DNA from: a virus
Taxonomy: Duplodnaviria; Caudoviricetes
Virus record (IMG/VR): IMGVR_UViG_3300031176_000059
Location: 1 to 40,359 of that record
Strand: one strand, 5' to 3'
Length of the DNA: 40,359 nt
Part shown: one piece after another, positions 8,214-17,920 of the stretch
How positions within the stretch are numbered: the first letter of the stretch is position 1
Layout of the letters: every line of letters begins with the position of its first letter
The notes under the pieces: model-generated
Told to the model about the DNA's origin: nothing
Databases searched by the model: none
The model's input: the letters and a program-made list of their open reading frames with translations, nothing else
Translations under genes and position numbers: made by a program

Positions 8214-9535
8214 ATCTTTTCGAGCATCAGAAAACCATCCTGCGGGAACTCGAAAAGCGTCCCTATTTCGCCATCTTCGCCGAACAGGGCACTTCAAAGA
8301 CGCTCCCAATGCTCATCCACGCGTTTCGCCTGTTCAAAGCTGGTGCGATCCGGCACGCGCTGGTGGTGTGTCCCAGTTCGGTGCGGGGAAGTTGGAACCG
8401 GGACATTCGCCGGTTTTTCTCCCCGCTCGAACAGCGGATCTTTGAAAAGTTTCTGACCGTGACCACCTACGACCTGGTGTGGCGCCGGCTGGAATTTGAT
8501 CGGCAGTGGGACATGATGGTGCTCGATGAGTCCCACTTCATCAAAAACCGTACCAGCAACCGGTACCGCGGCCAGATCAAGAAGGTGGACGGCAAGCGCC
8601 GACGGGTGACAAACGGGATTCAGCAGATCAGCCGTCGGTCCAGATTCCGGTACATCATGACCGGCACGCCGATCGGAAACAGCCGGTGGGAAGAAATATG
8701 GGCGCAATTCGACTTCATGTGTCCGGGACTGCTCGGCACATATTCCGAATTCGAAAAGGAATATTGCATCATCGGCCCATATTACAAGCCGATCGAATAC
8801 CGGAATATCGACAAACTCAAGACCATCATTGCCCAGCATTCGATCTGGATCCGGAAAGCGGACTGTCTGGACCTGCCGGAAAAACTGCCGCCGGAGCGTC
8901 TGACGATGGAGCTCGAGGAGCGGAGGCTGTACAAGGAAATGCTCCAGAACTACATCGAAGAGCTCGACATCGAAGCGAAAAATCCGCTGGCGCGCCTTGT
9001 GAAGCTCCGGCAGATGTGCAGCGGTCACATCCGGGACGACGCCGGCACGGTCCATCGGCTGAAATGCGCGAAGTCTGCGGCGTTGGACGAGCTCCTCGAA
9101 AACTGGGATAAGAAGCTCGTCATCTTCGCGGAATTCGAGGAATCGATCGCCGACATCTGCCGCGTGCTGGAGAAACGCAAAATCCGCTATGTGACCCTCG
9201 ACGGCCGGCAGAAGAACAAGCAGATCTGGAAAAGGTTCCAGACGGAGCCGGACCTGCAGGTGATTGTTTGCCAGTACCGCTCGGCGTCGGCCGGAATCGA
9301 CTTGTTCGCGGCGGACACCATGATTTTTTACGAACCCACGCTCAGCAGTCAGACGTTCGAGCAAGCCTGCGATCGGATCCACCGGCCGGGCCAGAGGGAG
9401 AAATGCAGCTACATCCTGTTCGAGACGGCCGGGACGGTCGAGGTGAAGATCTGGGACGCCCTCATGCGGCATCGCGACTTCAATGAAACTGAGTTGCGGG
9501 CTTTCGTGAAGGAGGTGCAATACAACGTTGGATGA
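8198..9535 (+). CDS. SNF2-family (DExH) helicase
   Basis: EQGTSKT (degenerate Walker A), LDESH, MTGTP, LRQMCSG, AGIDL, QACDRIHRPGQ. Confidence 0.88.
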   Translation: MLPSVNLFEHQKTILRELEKRPYFAIFAEQGTSKTLPMLIHAFRLFKAGAIRHALVVCPSSVRGSWNRDIRRFFSPLEQRIFEKFLTVTTYDLVWRRLEFDRQWDMMVLDESHFIKNRTSNRYRGQIKKVDGKRRRVTNGIQQISRRSRFRYIMTGTPIGNSRWEEIWAQFDFMCPGLLGTYSEFEKEYCIIGPYYKPIEYRNIDKLKTIIAQHSIWIRKADCLDLPEKLPPERLTMELEERRLYKEMLQNYIEELDIEAKNPLARLVKLRQMCSGHIRDDAGTVHRLKCAKSAALDELLENWDKKLVIFAEFEESIADICRVLEKRKIRYVTLDGRQKNKQIWKRFQTEPDLQVIVCQYRSASAGIDLFAADTMIFYEPTLSSQTFEQACDRIHRPGQREKCSYILFETAGTVEVKIWDALMRHRDFNETELRAFVKEVQYNVG

Positions 9536-10871
9536 GCTCATCGTAGACAACTTTGCCGGCGGTGGCGGCGCCAGCACCGGCATTGAAATGGCGATCGGCC
9601 GTCCAGTGGACATCGCCATCAACCATGACCCGGCGGCCATCGCCATGCATCGCACCAACCATCCCCGGACGGTGCACTACAACGAGAACGTGTGGGACGT
9701 CGATCCGCGGGAAGCCACGAAGGGACGGAAAGTTGCGCTGTGTTGGCTTTCCCCGGACTGCACACATTTTTCCAAAGCCAAAGGCGGGAAGCCGAGGGAC
9801 AAGAAAATCCGCGGACTTGCATGGGTGGCGGTCCGCTGGGCAGCGACGGTACGGCCCAGGGTAATCATCCTTGAAAACGTGGAAGAATTCCGGGATTGGG
9901 GGCCGCTTGACGAGCGCGGGTACCCGATCGAAGAGCAGAAAGGACGAATCTTCCGGTCATTCGTGAGCGCTCTCCGCCGGCAAGGATACGAGGTGGACTG
10001 GCGCGAGTTGCGAGCCTGCGACTATGGCGCCCCGACTATCCGAAAACGATTTTTCCTCATCGCCCGGTGCGACGGCCGGACGATCGTCTGGCCAAAGCCG
10101 ACACACGGGGACCCGCAGAGTCCGGCAGTGCAGGCCGGAAGGTTGAAACCGTGGCGGACAGCTGGTGAGATCATCGACTGGTCGCTACCGGTTCCCAGCG
10201 TCTTCGACTCGTCCGAGGAGATCATGCGGAAATACGGAATCCGGGCGGTCCGGCCGCTGGCCGCCAACACTATGCGGCGAATCGGTCTCGGGGTTTGGAA
10301 GTTCATCCTGAACAATCCCAATCCTTATATCGCCCCGGTGGAATGGAAGGAAGGGGTTCACTCCGGACCGGTGGCGGCGTTTTTGGCGAAGTATCACACG
10401 GAGACAACGAACGATCCGAGAGGACAGACACTGGACAGGCCGCTGCTGACGCAAGACACGTCGAATCGGTTCGCGCTGGTCACGGCGAAGCTTCAGCGAG
10501 CGGAAGAACCGAACCCGAACGGTGAACGAGTCTGGGCATTCCTGATTGCCTACTACGGATCCAGCATCGGCCAGCAAATGAGCGAACCGCTGGGAACGGT
10601 CGTCACAAAAGACCGCTTTGGTCTTGTGATGGTGCGTGGGACACCATACCGGATCATCGACATTGGACTCCGGATGCTGGAACCGCACGAACTGTATCGG
10701 GCGCAGGGATTCCCGGAGGGGTATGTCTTCGACCGGGATGACGCGGGGAGACCGCTCCCGAAGAAGGACCAAGTCGAGAAGTGCGGGAATGCGGTTCCGC
10801 CGCAATTCGCGGAGGCTCTGGTCCGGGCAAACCTTCCGGAATTGTGCAGACGGGAGGCGATGCTTGCATGA
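9528..10871 (+). CDS. DNA (cytosine-5) methyltransferase
   Basis: FAGGGG, SPDC (catalytic Cys), ENV, RKRFF, AQGFP, GNAVPP motifs. Confidence 0.92.
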   Translation: MDELIVDNFAGGGGASTGIEMAIGRPVDIAINHDPAAIAMHRTNHPRTVHYNENVWDVDPREATKGRKVALCWLSPDCTHFSKAKGGKPRDKKIRGLAWVAVRWAATVRPRVIILENVEEFRDWGPLDERGYPIEEQKGRIFRSFVSALRRQGYEVDWRELRACDYGAPTIRKRFFLIARCDGRTIVWPKPTHGDPQSPAVQAGRLKPWRTAGEIIDWSLPVPSVFDSSEEIMRKYGIRAVRPLAANTMRRIGLGVWKFILNNPNPYIAPVEWKEGVHSGPVAAFLAKYHTETTNDPRGQTLDRPLLTQDTSNRFALVTAKLQRAEEPNPNGERVWAFLIAYYGSSIGQQMSEPLGTVVTKDRFGLVMVRGTPYRIIDIGLRMLEPHELYRAQGFPEGYVFDRDDAGRPLPKKDQVEKCGNAVPPQFAEALVRANLPELCRREAMLA

Positions 10872-11206
10872 TCAGTGGCAAAATCCGCACCCGGGACGGC
10901 GAGCTGGTTTTCGTCAGGGACGAAAAGGACTTTGTCCAGCTCGTCGAGCGCGAAATAGGATACGACGCCGCCCAGCTGGTTCGAGAGTTGGCTGATCTGG
11001 CCGACATGACTCAGCAGCGGTTGCAAACGGACCTCAATAGTTACGAATCAGAACTGTCAGAGCTCCAGATCGCAATCCGGGATCTAGACCGGAAGCCCGA
11101 CGCGCTGATCGCAATCTCCAATAAGCAGCGCATAAACGCTGCCGACAAGCGGGAGCTCCGTCGTCTGGCGGAAATGATCCGAGGGTTGCTCAGTCTGGCG
11201 CCATGA
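10868..11206 (+). CDS. Hypothetical coiled-coil phage protein
   Basis: ATGA overlap with the methyltransferase stop, RBS ggagg. Confidence 0.65.
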   Translation: MISGKIRTRDGELVFVRDEKDFVQLVEREIGYDAAQLVRELADLADMTQQRLQTDLNSYESELSELQIAIRDLDRKPDALIAISNKQRINAADKRELRRLAEMIRGLLSLAP

Positions 11207-11215
11207 GGTGGTGAA

Positions 11216-13762
11216 ATGAACGAAAACATCTGGATCTACGACTGCGAAGTCTTTGCCCACGACTGGATTTTTGTCGCCAAGCGGCCGGACGAAAGCGGCG
11301 AACAGGTGGTGTTGCACAACGACCCGGCAGCCTTTCGATGGTGGGCGGACAGCTTCGGACGGGACGGTTCCTTGGTCATCGGAGGATACAACACCAAGCA
11401 CTATGACCAGTGGATCATCAAAGCGATTTATTTCGGCGCCACCCCGGAAGAAATCAAGAAGATCAGCGACTTTATCATCGCCGGGGGTAACGGTTGGGAT
11501 CATCCGTTTTTCGCGGAAACGCGGTGGCCGCCCTGGATGAACTTCGATCTCATGGATGACATCCCGGTCCCGCTGCGGCTGAAAGAAATCGAGGGAAACC
11601 TCGGCATGGACATTGAGGAAAGCAAAGTTTCCTTCGACATCGACCGGCCGCTGACGGAAGAGGAGCGAAACGAAGTCATCCGGTACTGCTGCCACGACGT
11701 CGACGCCGCAATCCGACTCTATCATGAGCGCAAGGATTACCTGCAGTCCAAGATCGCCGTCGGCGCCATGTGTGGTCTGTCGGCCGGGGAAAGCCTGCGG
11801 CTGACCAACGCCAAACTCACGGCGGAATTCCTGGGAGCGCAGCCGCCGCAAACGGACTGGCCGGACCGGGACGTCTATGAATTCCCGGAGAACCTGATCA
11901 TCACGAAGTACCCGCAGGTGATTGAGTTCTTCGCCGACGTCGATCCGGAACGAAAGCGCAAACTCAAAATCGACATTGCCGGCGTCCCGCACACAATCGC
12001 CTGGGGCGGCCTGCACGGCGCCCGGGAGTGCTATCGGGAGGAACGGACGGAAACCCGCCGGATCTCCAGCCGGGACGTGACGAGCTACTATCCGAGCCTC
12101 ATGATCGTGAATGGCTACATGAGCCGGAACGTCCCGGATCCCGGACAGTTCAAACGGGTTTACGAGCGGAGGATCGAAGCCAAAAAGGCCGGGGACAAGG
12201 CCACCGCGGACGCGCTGAAGCTGGTTTTGAATACCACGTTTGGCGCCATGAACAACCAGTTCAACAAGCTCTATGACCCGCGAATGGCGCTGGCGGTGTG
12301 CGTGTCGGGGCAGCTCTATCTGATCGACCTTATCGAAAAGCTGGAAGAGGTCCCGAGCTTTCGCCTCATCCAGTCCAACACGGACGGGCTGATCATCTCC
12401 TACGACGCCGAGCACGAGACGGAGATCGACGCCGTAATCGACGAATGGAGCCAACGGACCGGCTTCGGGATGGAGGCGACCGACGTCGAGAAAATCGTCC
12501 AGAAGGACGTCAATAACTACGTCCTGCGGACCACCGGGGGCGAAGTGAAAGTCAAGGGTCCCTACCTCGCCGTCCTCGACGCCCCGCACTGGCGGCAAAA
12601 CAGCATGAAGATCGTCGCGAAGGCAATCGTCGAAAACTTGCTGAACGGCGTGCCGCCGGAGGAGACGATCGGCGCCTGCGATGATATGGAACAGTTCCAG
12701 ATCATCACGAAAGCCGGCAACACCTACGACAAGGTCATCTGGCGGAGCCCGGCCGGCGAGGTTGAGGTCCAGAATGTCAACCGGGTGTTCGCCAGCATCA
12801 ACGAGGACGCCGGTACGTTGTACAAAGTCAAGCTTCCGAAAGCGCCCGGCGAAAAAGAACGTCGGGACAAGATCGCCGATCTACCGGAACACTGTTTCAT
12901 CGCCAATCGGCAGATCGACTTCAGATTAGAACTGCTCGACAAGCAGTTCTATATAGACCTTGCAAAAAAGAGGATTAATGACTACTTGGGCGTGAAGCCC
13001 GAAAAACCTGCAAAAAAGGAGAGGAAGAAAACCATGGCAACGAAGACCAAAGCCACTGAAACCGCACAAGTGCAGGAAACTGTTCCCGCGGATCCGCGGC
13101 TCCGGCTCTACCAGAAACTCGCGAAGCTTCAGCAAATTATGGACTCGTTCGAATGGACGAAGGACGGTAAGAACCGGCACCAGTCCTACGAGTACATCAC
13201 GGAAAAGCAATACAAAAACAACTTCAAAAAGGCCCGGGCCGAGGCCGGGCTGCTGTGGAAGATGGAGGAGATCGGTCACGAGTTCATCGGCACCATCTCG
13301 GACAAGATGCACCTCGTGCTGACGAAATTCCGCGGCCGGCTGATCGACCCAGAGACGGGCGAGTTCGAAGAATACCTTTTCTCTGGCAGCGGCGCCGACA
13401 ACGGCGACAAGGCGCTGTACAAGGCGTACACCGGCGGGCTGAAGTTTTTCCTGGCGTCGAACTTTCTCGTCGCCGAAGGAAACGATCCCGAAAACGATGA
13501 GGAGGAAATGCGGCAACTCAAGCCGGCCTATGCCACGCCCGAACGGCGGGAAGAGATCCGCGGCGCGTTGACCAACCAGGACGAGCCGGCGACGGAGGAG
13601 CAGCTGGAGGCGATCGCGCTCGGCATCGAAGAATTGCAGAAGGCCGGAGTGGACGAGGAGACCATCGCGGGATTCGCGGAGGCCCTCGAAAGCGAGCTGA
13701 CCAAAGCGGACGCCGAGAAGCTGCTTGACGCCATCACCGAACTGACGGCGACGCCATTCTGA
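11216..13762 (+). CDS. Family B DNA polymerase (aa 1-~600) fused in frame to an ERF-family single-strand annealing protein
   Basis: ExoI YDCE, ExoII GYNTKHYD, ExoIII YCCHDV; Pol A DVTSYYPS, B KLVLNTTFG, C NTDG; C-terminal ERF motifs KDGKNRHQSYEY and GSGADNGDKALYKAYTGGLK...DPE. Confidence 0.85.
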   Translation: MNENIWIYDCEVFAHDWIFVAKRPDESGEQVVLHNDPAAFRWWADSFGRDGSLVIGGYNTKHYDQWIIKAIYFGATPEEIKKISDFIIAGGNGWDHPFFAETRWPPWMNFDLMDDIPVPLRLKEIEGNLGMDIEESKVSFDIDRPLTEEERNEVIRYCCHDVDAAIRLYHERKDYLQSKIAVGAMCGLSAGESLRLTNAKLTAEFLGAQPPQTDWPDRDVYEFPENLIITKYPQVIEFFADVDPERKRKLKIDIAGVPHTIAWGGLHGARECYREERTETRRISSRDVTSYYPSLMIVNGYMSRNVPDPGQFKRVYERRIEAKKAGDKATADALKLVLNTTFGAMNNQFNKLYDPRMALAVCVSGQLYLIDLIEKLEEVPSFRLIQSNTDGLIISYDAEHETEIDAVIDEWSQRTGFGMEATDVEKIVQKDVNNYVLRTTGGEVKVKGPYLAVLDAPHWRQNSMKIVAKAIVENLLNGVPPEETIGACDDMEQFQIITKAGNTYDKVIWRSPAGEVEVQNVNRVFASINEDAGTLYKVKLPKAPGEKERRDKIADLPEHCFIANRQIDFRLELLDKQFYIDLAKKRINDYLGVKPEKPAKKERKKTMATKTKATETAQVQETVPADPRLRLYQKLAKLQQIMDSFEWTKDGKNRHQSYEYITEKQYKNNFKKARAEAGLLWKMEEIGHEFIGTISDKMHLVLTKFRGRLIDPETGEFEEYLFSGSGADNGDKALYKAYTGGLKFFLASNFLVAEGNDPENDEEEMRQLKPAYATPERREEIRGALTNQDEPATEEQLEAIALGIEELQKAGVDEETIAGFAEALESELTKADAEKLLDAITELTATPF
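13034..13762 (+). CDS. ERF-family recombinase translated from an internal in-frame start (MATKTK..., 242 aa)
   Basis: aaggagagg RBS 9 nt before in-frame ATG 13034 at the domain boundary. Confidence 0.65.
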   Translation: MATKTKATETAQVQETVPADPRLRLYQKLAKLQQIMDSFEWTKDGKNRHQSYEYITEKQYKNNFKKARAEAGLLWKMEEIGHEFIGTISDKMHLVLTKFRGRLIDPETGEFEEYLFSGSGADNGDKALYKAYTGGLKFFLASNFLVAEGNDPENDEEEMRQLKPAYATPERREEIRGALTNQDEPATEEQLEAIALGIEELQKAGVDEETIAGFAEALESELTKADAEKLLDAITELTATPF

Positions 13763-13772
13763 GGTGAGGAAT

Positions 13773-14825
13773 ATGCAGATCGACCTCCAAACCCGAACAA
13801 TCCGACTTCCGGAAAAGCCGCGGCGAGTCAAAAAGATCACGGGGACGAGGCTGGCGCCGATCCTCGGCCTCTCCCCGTGGTCAACGGAATTCGAAGTCTG
13901 GTGCGATATGATGGGTGTCTACAAGAAGCCGTTCGAAGAGACAATTTACACGGCCGCTGGCAAAATCATCGAACCGAAGGTCATTAACTATCTGAACCGG
14001 CGGTACGCCTTTGGCAAGCTCCAAACACCGACCCAGTACTTCGGCGGCCAGCCGCGTTACGAATGGGACCACTTCCCGGACGAACCGGTATTCGGCGGCA
14101 TGTGGGACGCGCGGACGCCGACCGCGATCTGGGAACTCAAGACCACCAAACGGGTCGAGGACTGGTACAAACACGGCCAGTTCTCGCCACCCGAATACTA
14201 CAAGCTGCAGGGCGCGCTGTATGCGTATCTCTCCGGGCTGGACGAGTTCCGGATCGTGCTGTCGATCCTCACGGATAAGGAGTACGAGGCGCCGGAAAAG
14301 TTCGAGCCCTCGCCCGACAACACGATTGTCAAGAAGTACAGCGTGGCCGCGGAATACCCGAACTTCGCCGCGCATCTGGATCGGGCACTCAAATGGTACG
14401 AGCGGCACATCAACGGTCTCGTGAGCCCGGTCTGGGACGACAAGAAGGACCGGGAGATCGTCCAGGCGCTCACCACCGCGCACGTCCCGCAGCCGGCGGC
14501 CGGCGAGGAAGGCGATATCGTCGCGGAGCTCATCCGGCGGATCGAGCCGCTACAGGCCCGGATCGACGCCGTGAGCGAGCAGATCGCCGAGGATGAGAAG
14601 ACGCTGAAGCAGCTGAAAGACCAGCTCAAGGCGGAGCTGGAGGCGCGGATGAAGGACAGCGACAAGAAGATCCAGGCCGCCGGCAAACTGTACCTTTTCG
14701 AAGTCACCAAAACCGCCGCAAGCGGAATCGACACCGACCGCCTGAAAGCAGACGGGCTCTATGAAAAATACCGCAAAAGCGGGTTCACCACCAAAATCAC
14801 CATCAAAAGGAGCGATGCTGTATGA
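13773..14825 (+). CDS. YqaJ-like (lambda exonuclease family) recombination nuclease
   Basis: ITGTRLAPILGLSPW, G..IEP, GMWD...WELKT, YYKLQ; RBS gaggtg. Confidence 0.82.
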   Translation: MQIDLQTRTIRLPEKPRRVKKITGTRLAPILGLSPWSTEFEVWCDMMGVYKKPFEETIYTAAGKIIEPKVINYLNRRYAFGKLQTPTQYFGGQPRYEWDHFPDEPVFGGMWDARTPTAIWELKTTKRVEDWYKHGQFSPPEYYKLQGALYAYLSGLDEFRIVLSILTDKEYEAPEKFEPSPDNTIVKKYSVAAEYPNFAAHLDRALKWYERHINGLVSPVWDDKKDREIVQALTTAHVPQPAAGEEGDIVAELIRRIEPLQARIDAVSEQIAEDEKTLKQLKDQLKAELEARMKDSDKKIQAAGKLYLFEVTKTAASGIDTDRLKADGLYEKYRKSGFTTKITIKRSDAV

Positions 14826-15325
14826 AGCGCAAACTGGTCGAAGGATTCCAACCCATTCCGGCAGGGGAGCAAGTCGTCCGCATCAAGGAGATCGACGAGA
14901 CGGACTACGAGAAATTCGACAAGCTGGTCGTCGTAATCGAAGACGCCCACGGCCGCACGGCACGCGTCAACTTCACGTTCGTCAACGACGACGGCACGCC
15001 GAATGACACCGCCGAGTTCGTCTATTCGCGGATGGCCCGGGCCGCCATGGGCGACGAAACACTCGATGAAGTGGACACCGCCGACCTGATCGGAAAGTTT
15101 GTCCGAGTCGAGATCGAACACCGGACCGGTTCGCAGGGCGGCACGTTTGCGAACGTGAAACGCTGGATCGGCCCCGGAGAACCGTTCGAAGTGAGGAAGT
15201 CCGCTGCCGGCAACAAAACTGTCGGATCCGCGGGTGCCGCGTCGCCGGCCGGAGAAGCGCCGAAGAAGAAAACGGCCGCCGAGATCCTCGCCGAAATGAA
15301 GGCTCGGAAGGCTGCGGGGAAATGA
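14822..15325 (+). CDS. Putative single-stranded DNA-binding protein (DUF669-like)
   Basis: FQPIPAGEQVVRIKEI...DLIGKFVRVEIEH...FANV pattern; position in the recombination module. Confidence 0.65.
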   Translation: MKRKLVEGFQPIPAGEQVVRIKEIDETDYEKFDKLVVVIEDAHGRTARVNFTFVNDDGTPNDTAEFVYSRMARAAMGDETLDEVDTADLIGKFVRVEIEHRTGSQGGTFANVKRWIGPGEPFEVRKSAAGNKTVGSAGAASPAGEAPKKKTAAEILAEMKARKAAGK

Positions 15326-15611
15326 GAGAGAAGCAGCTGCAGGATGACTGCGTGCGGTATCTCGAGGGGCGCAATATCTACCATGTCGTGACACACGGGA
15401 ACGCCTTCGAGCGCCGCGGCCGGATCTGTATATCTGCTACCGGGGGCGTTTCATCGGTTGCGAGTTGAAGAAGGGGTCGGGCGACAAGCCCACCCCTTTA
15501 CAACAAAAGCACCTGCGGGAGATTGAAGCAAGCGGAGGGATAGGGGTATGGCTCACGTCGCTGGATCAACTGAAAAGCCTGCTGTCCTCGATCGATTCGA
15601 TGCCTTCCTGA
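15322..15611 (+). pseudogene. VRR-NUC nuclease, frameshifted near 15421
   Basis: First frame MREKQLQDDCVRYLEGRNIY...FERRGR; shifted frame DLYICYRGRFIGCELKKG...PTPLQQKHLREIEASGGIGVW; restoring 4 bp (ccgg) gives GRPDL. Confidence 0.8.
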
Positions 15612-17548
15612 AGCTCCGGGAAGACAAGGCGTCGATCAGTTGGGACACCTATCCGGCCGACAGGCTCCGCGCGTGGCCGAACGTCGGTCTGCCCATCCCT
15701 GAGCCCTACGTCGCCGTGGACATCGACGACGCCGAGCAGGCGGAGAAGCTGACCCGGCTGGTGACCGAGGAAGGCATCAAGTGTCAAATCATGCAGACGT
15801 CCCGCGGCAGGCACTTTTGGTTCGCGACGGCCGAACCGGTCAAGAACACGATCAAGTCGACCACCGGGATCGGCCTCGTCGCCGACTACCGCTCCTGGGG
15901 CAAGCAGTCTCAGGTATGCGTGAAATACGCCGGCAAGTGGCGGGAATGGCTGACGGATTGGGACTGGGACGAGCTCGACGAGTTGCCCAGGTGGCTTCGT
16001 CCTCTGCGCCAAACGAAATGGCGCTTTTATGAGATGGGCGAGGGCGACGGCCGGAACCAGGTGCTGTTCGAGTACCAAATTCTGCTCGCCAGCCGCGGCT
16101 ACACACACGCGGAGGCCGCGGAGGTCCTGCGCCTGATCAACCAGTACGTGTTCCGCGAGCCGCTGCCGGATGACGAGCTCGCCAAAGTCTGCAGGGAAGA
16201 GGCATACCCGGAAGTCGACCGGCCGGCGCCGGGCGTCGATGTCGACGCGCCCTGGTTCACGGAAAAGGGGAAGTTTCTCCATAACGTCATGGGGGACATT
16301 CTGATCAGCGAAATGCGCATCATCAGCCGGCACGAGCGCCTGTACGTGTACAAGGACGGCTACTACCAGCCGGGGGAATACGAGATCCTGCGGGCGATGA
16401 TCGAAAAATACCCGACCTCGAAGCGCAGCGAGCAGAACGAGGTGCTGAACTACATCACGATCCAGCGGCACATCGGCGACCCGCCGGTGGAGGAGTATGT
16501 CATCAACGTCAAAAACGGCCGGCTGGACCTCAGAACCGGAGAGCTTCACCCACACACGCCGGAGGCGTACGACTTCCAGCAGGTCAATGCCGTCTACGAC
16601 CCCACGGTCTATTACGAGCCGATCGACCGGATGCTCATGCGGGTCTTCTGCGGGGATTATCAGCTGTTCAAGCTGTTCGAGGAAATGCTCGGGTATTGCC
16701 TGATCAAGAATTGCCGGATGCAGAAGATCTTCATCATGTTCGGCGACGGCAACAACGGAAAGTCGACGCTCCTGCGGATGATCTGCGCATTCATCGGCGA
16801 GGGGAATTATTCAACCCTTTCGCTGCAGGATCTGGAGACAACGTTCAGGCCCGCAGAATTGGAAAACAAGCTGGTCAACCTGGGTGATGACATCCCGGCA
16901 ACGACGATCAAAGACTCCAGCCGGCTGAAAAGCATCTCGTCCGGGGAGCGGATCACAGTCGAACGCAAGAACAAGGACCCATTCATCCTGAAAAATTACG
17001 CAACCCTGATTTTCACCACAAACAAGATGCCACCGGTCAATGACAAGTCGTTCGGGTTTTACCGGCGTCTGATCCTGATTCCGCTGGATGCCAAATTTTC
17101 GAACACGGATCCGGACTACGACCCGGATATTTCCCAGAAGGTCGTTTCCGAAGAGGCGCGCAGCTACCTGCTGAACATGGCGGTCCGGGGCCTTCGCCGG
17201 CTGCTAAAGAAGGGCTTCACCCGGTCGGAGAAGGTGGAGAAGGCGATCCGGACCTACAAGGTTCAGAGCTCGCATGCGCTGACCTGGCTTTCGGAAAACG
17301 ACATCACGGAGGAATATCTGCTTTCGAAACACACCGGGGAGCTGTACGCCGAGTTCAAAACATGGTGTGAGCAGGAGGGTGTGGAGAACATTCCCCGGCA
17401 GCAGACGTTCACGATGGACATCCAGAAAGAGTTCGATTTCATGATTTCGAAACAGGTGCGGGATCCGAAAACGGGAAAACGGTGCCGGTTTTTCATACGC
17501 TCGGGTGGAAGTGAAACGGAAACCTCAGAAATTGAAGTGACGGCGTGA
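15548..17548 (+). CDS. Primase-polymerase / PriCT / D5-like SF3 helicase (P4-family primase)
   Basis: VAVDID and TSRGRHFWF prim-pol motifs, EGDGRN PriCT, NGRLDL D5_N, GDGNNGKST Walker A, FTTN motif C. Confidence 0.9.
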   Translation: MAHVAGSTEKPAVLDRFDAFLKLREDKASISWDTYPADRLRAWPNVGLPIPEPYVAVDIDDAEQAEKLTRLVTEEGIKCQIMQTSRGRHFWFATAEPVKNTIKSTTGIGLVADYRSWGKQSQVCVKYAGKWREWLTDWDWDELDELPRWLRPLRQTKWRFYEMGEGDGRNQVLFEYQILLASRGYTHAEAAEVLRLINQYVFREPLPDDELAKVCREEAYPEVDRPAPGVDVDAPWFTEKGKFLHNVMGDILISEMRIISRHERLYVYKDGYYQPGEYEILRAMIEKYPTSKRSEQNEVLNYITIQRHIGDPPVEEYVINVKNGRLDLRTGELHPHTPEAYDFQQVNAVYDPTVYYEPIDRMLMRVFCGDYQLFKLFEEMLGYCLIKNCRMQKIFIMFGDGNNGKSTLLRMICAFIGEGNYSTLSLQDLETTFRPAELENKLVNLGDDIPATTIKDSSRLKSISSGERITVERKNKDPFILKNYATLIFTTNKMPPVNDKSFGFYRRLILIPLDAKFSNTDPDYDPDISQKVVSEEARSYLLNMAVRGLRRLLKKGFTRSEKVEKAIRTYKVQSSHALTWLSENDITEEYLLSKHTGELYAEFKTWCEQEGVENIPRQQTFTMDIQKEFDFMISKQVRDPKTGKRCRFFIRSGGSETETSEIEVTA

Positions 17549-17897
17549 CAAGTACTGTCACTTCGTCACGTCGGAAAATCGGAAAAATTTCAAAAATCCG
17601 AAGTGACGACGTGACATTTTGTCACTTCACTTTTTCCGAAGTGACACGAAGTGACACCGAAGTGACAGGCTTGAACCCGCGCCAGAACTGGGAAGTTGGA
17701 TTTTGTCACTTCTGTCACTTCTATTTCCTTTCTTTTACGTACGCGCACGCGCGCACGCACGCGCACGCGCGCATGTAAAAGAAATCAGCAAAAATGACGT
17801 GACGAAGTGACAAATTCGGAAAAGTCCAATACTGACGCGGTATCTGGTTGTCACTTCAAATTTGAATGGAGTGACACGAGGTGACAGCGACGTGACA
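17535..17897. repeat. Putative replication origin: 18 GTGAC/GTCAC iterons around a central alternating purine-pyrimidine tract
   Basis: 12 forward and 6 reverse copies counted; mostly non-coding gap directly after the primase-helicase. Confidence 0.72.
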
Positions 17898-17920
17898 AAC
17901 GTTGAAAGGAGCCATTTGGA

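Noticed and set aside
8294-12598. Long minus-strand ORFs (8294-9658, 11084-12598; likewise 12926-13840, 15566-16555, 25021-26208)
   Set aside because: Antisense shadows of GC-rich genes with clear plus-strand motifs; no RBS or recognisable domains.
11216-13033. Pipolin or protein-primed PolB element
   Set aside because: The element has its own primase-helicase and full virion genes, consistent with a conventional siphovirus replication module.
17535-17897. Repeat cluster as a CRISPR array, and ORF 17545-17778 as a gene
   Set aside because: Repeats are 5-9 bp, in both orientations and irregularly spaced, with no cas genes. The ORF merely translates the repeats.
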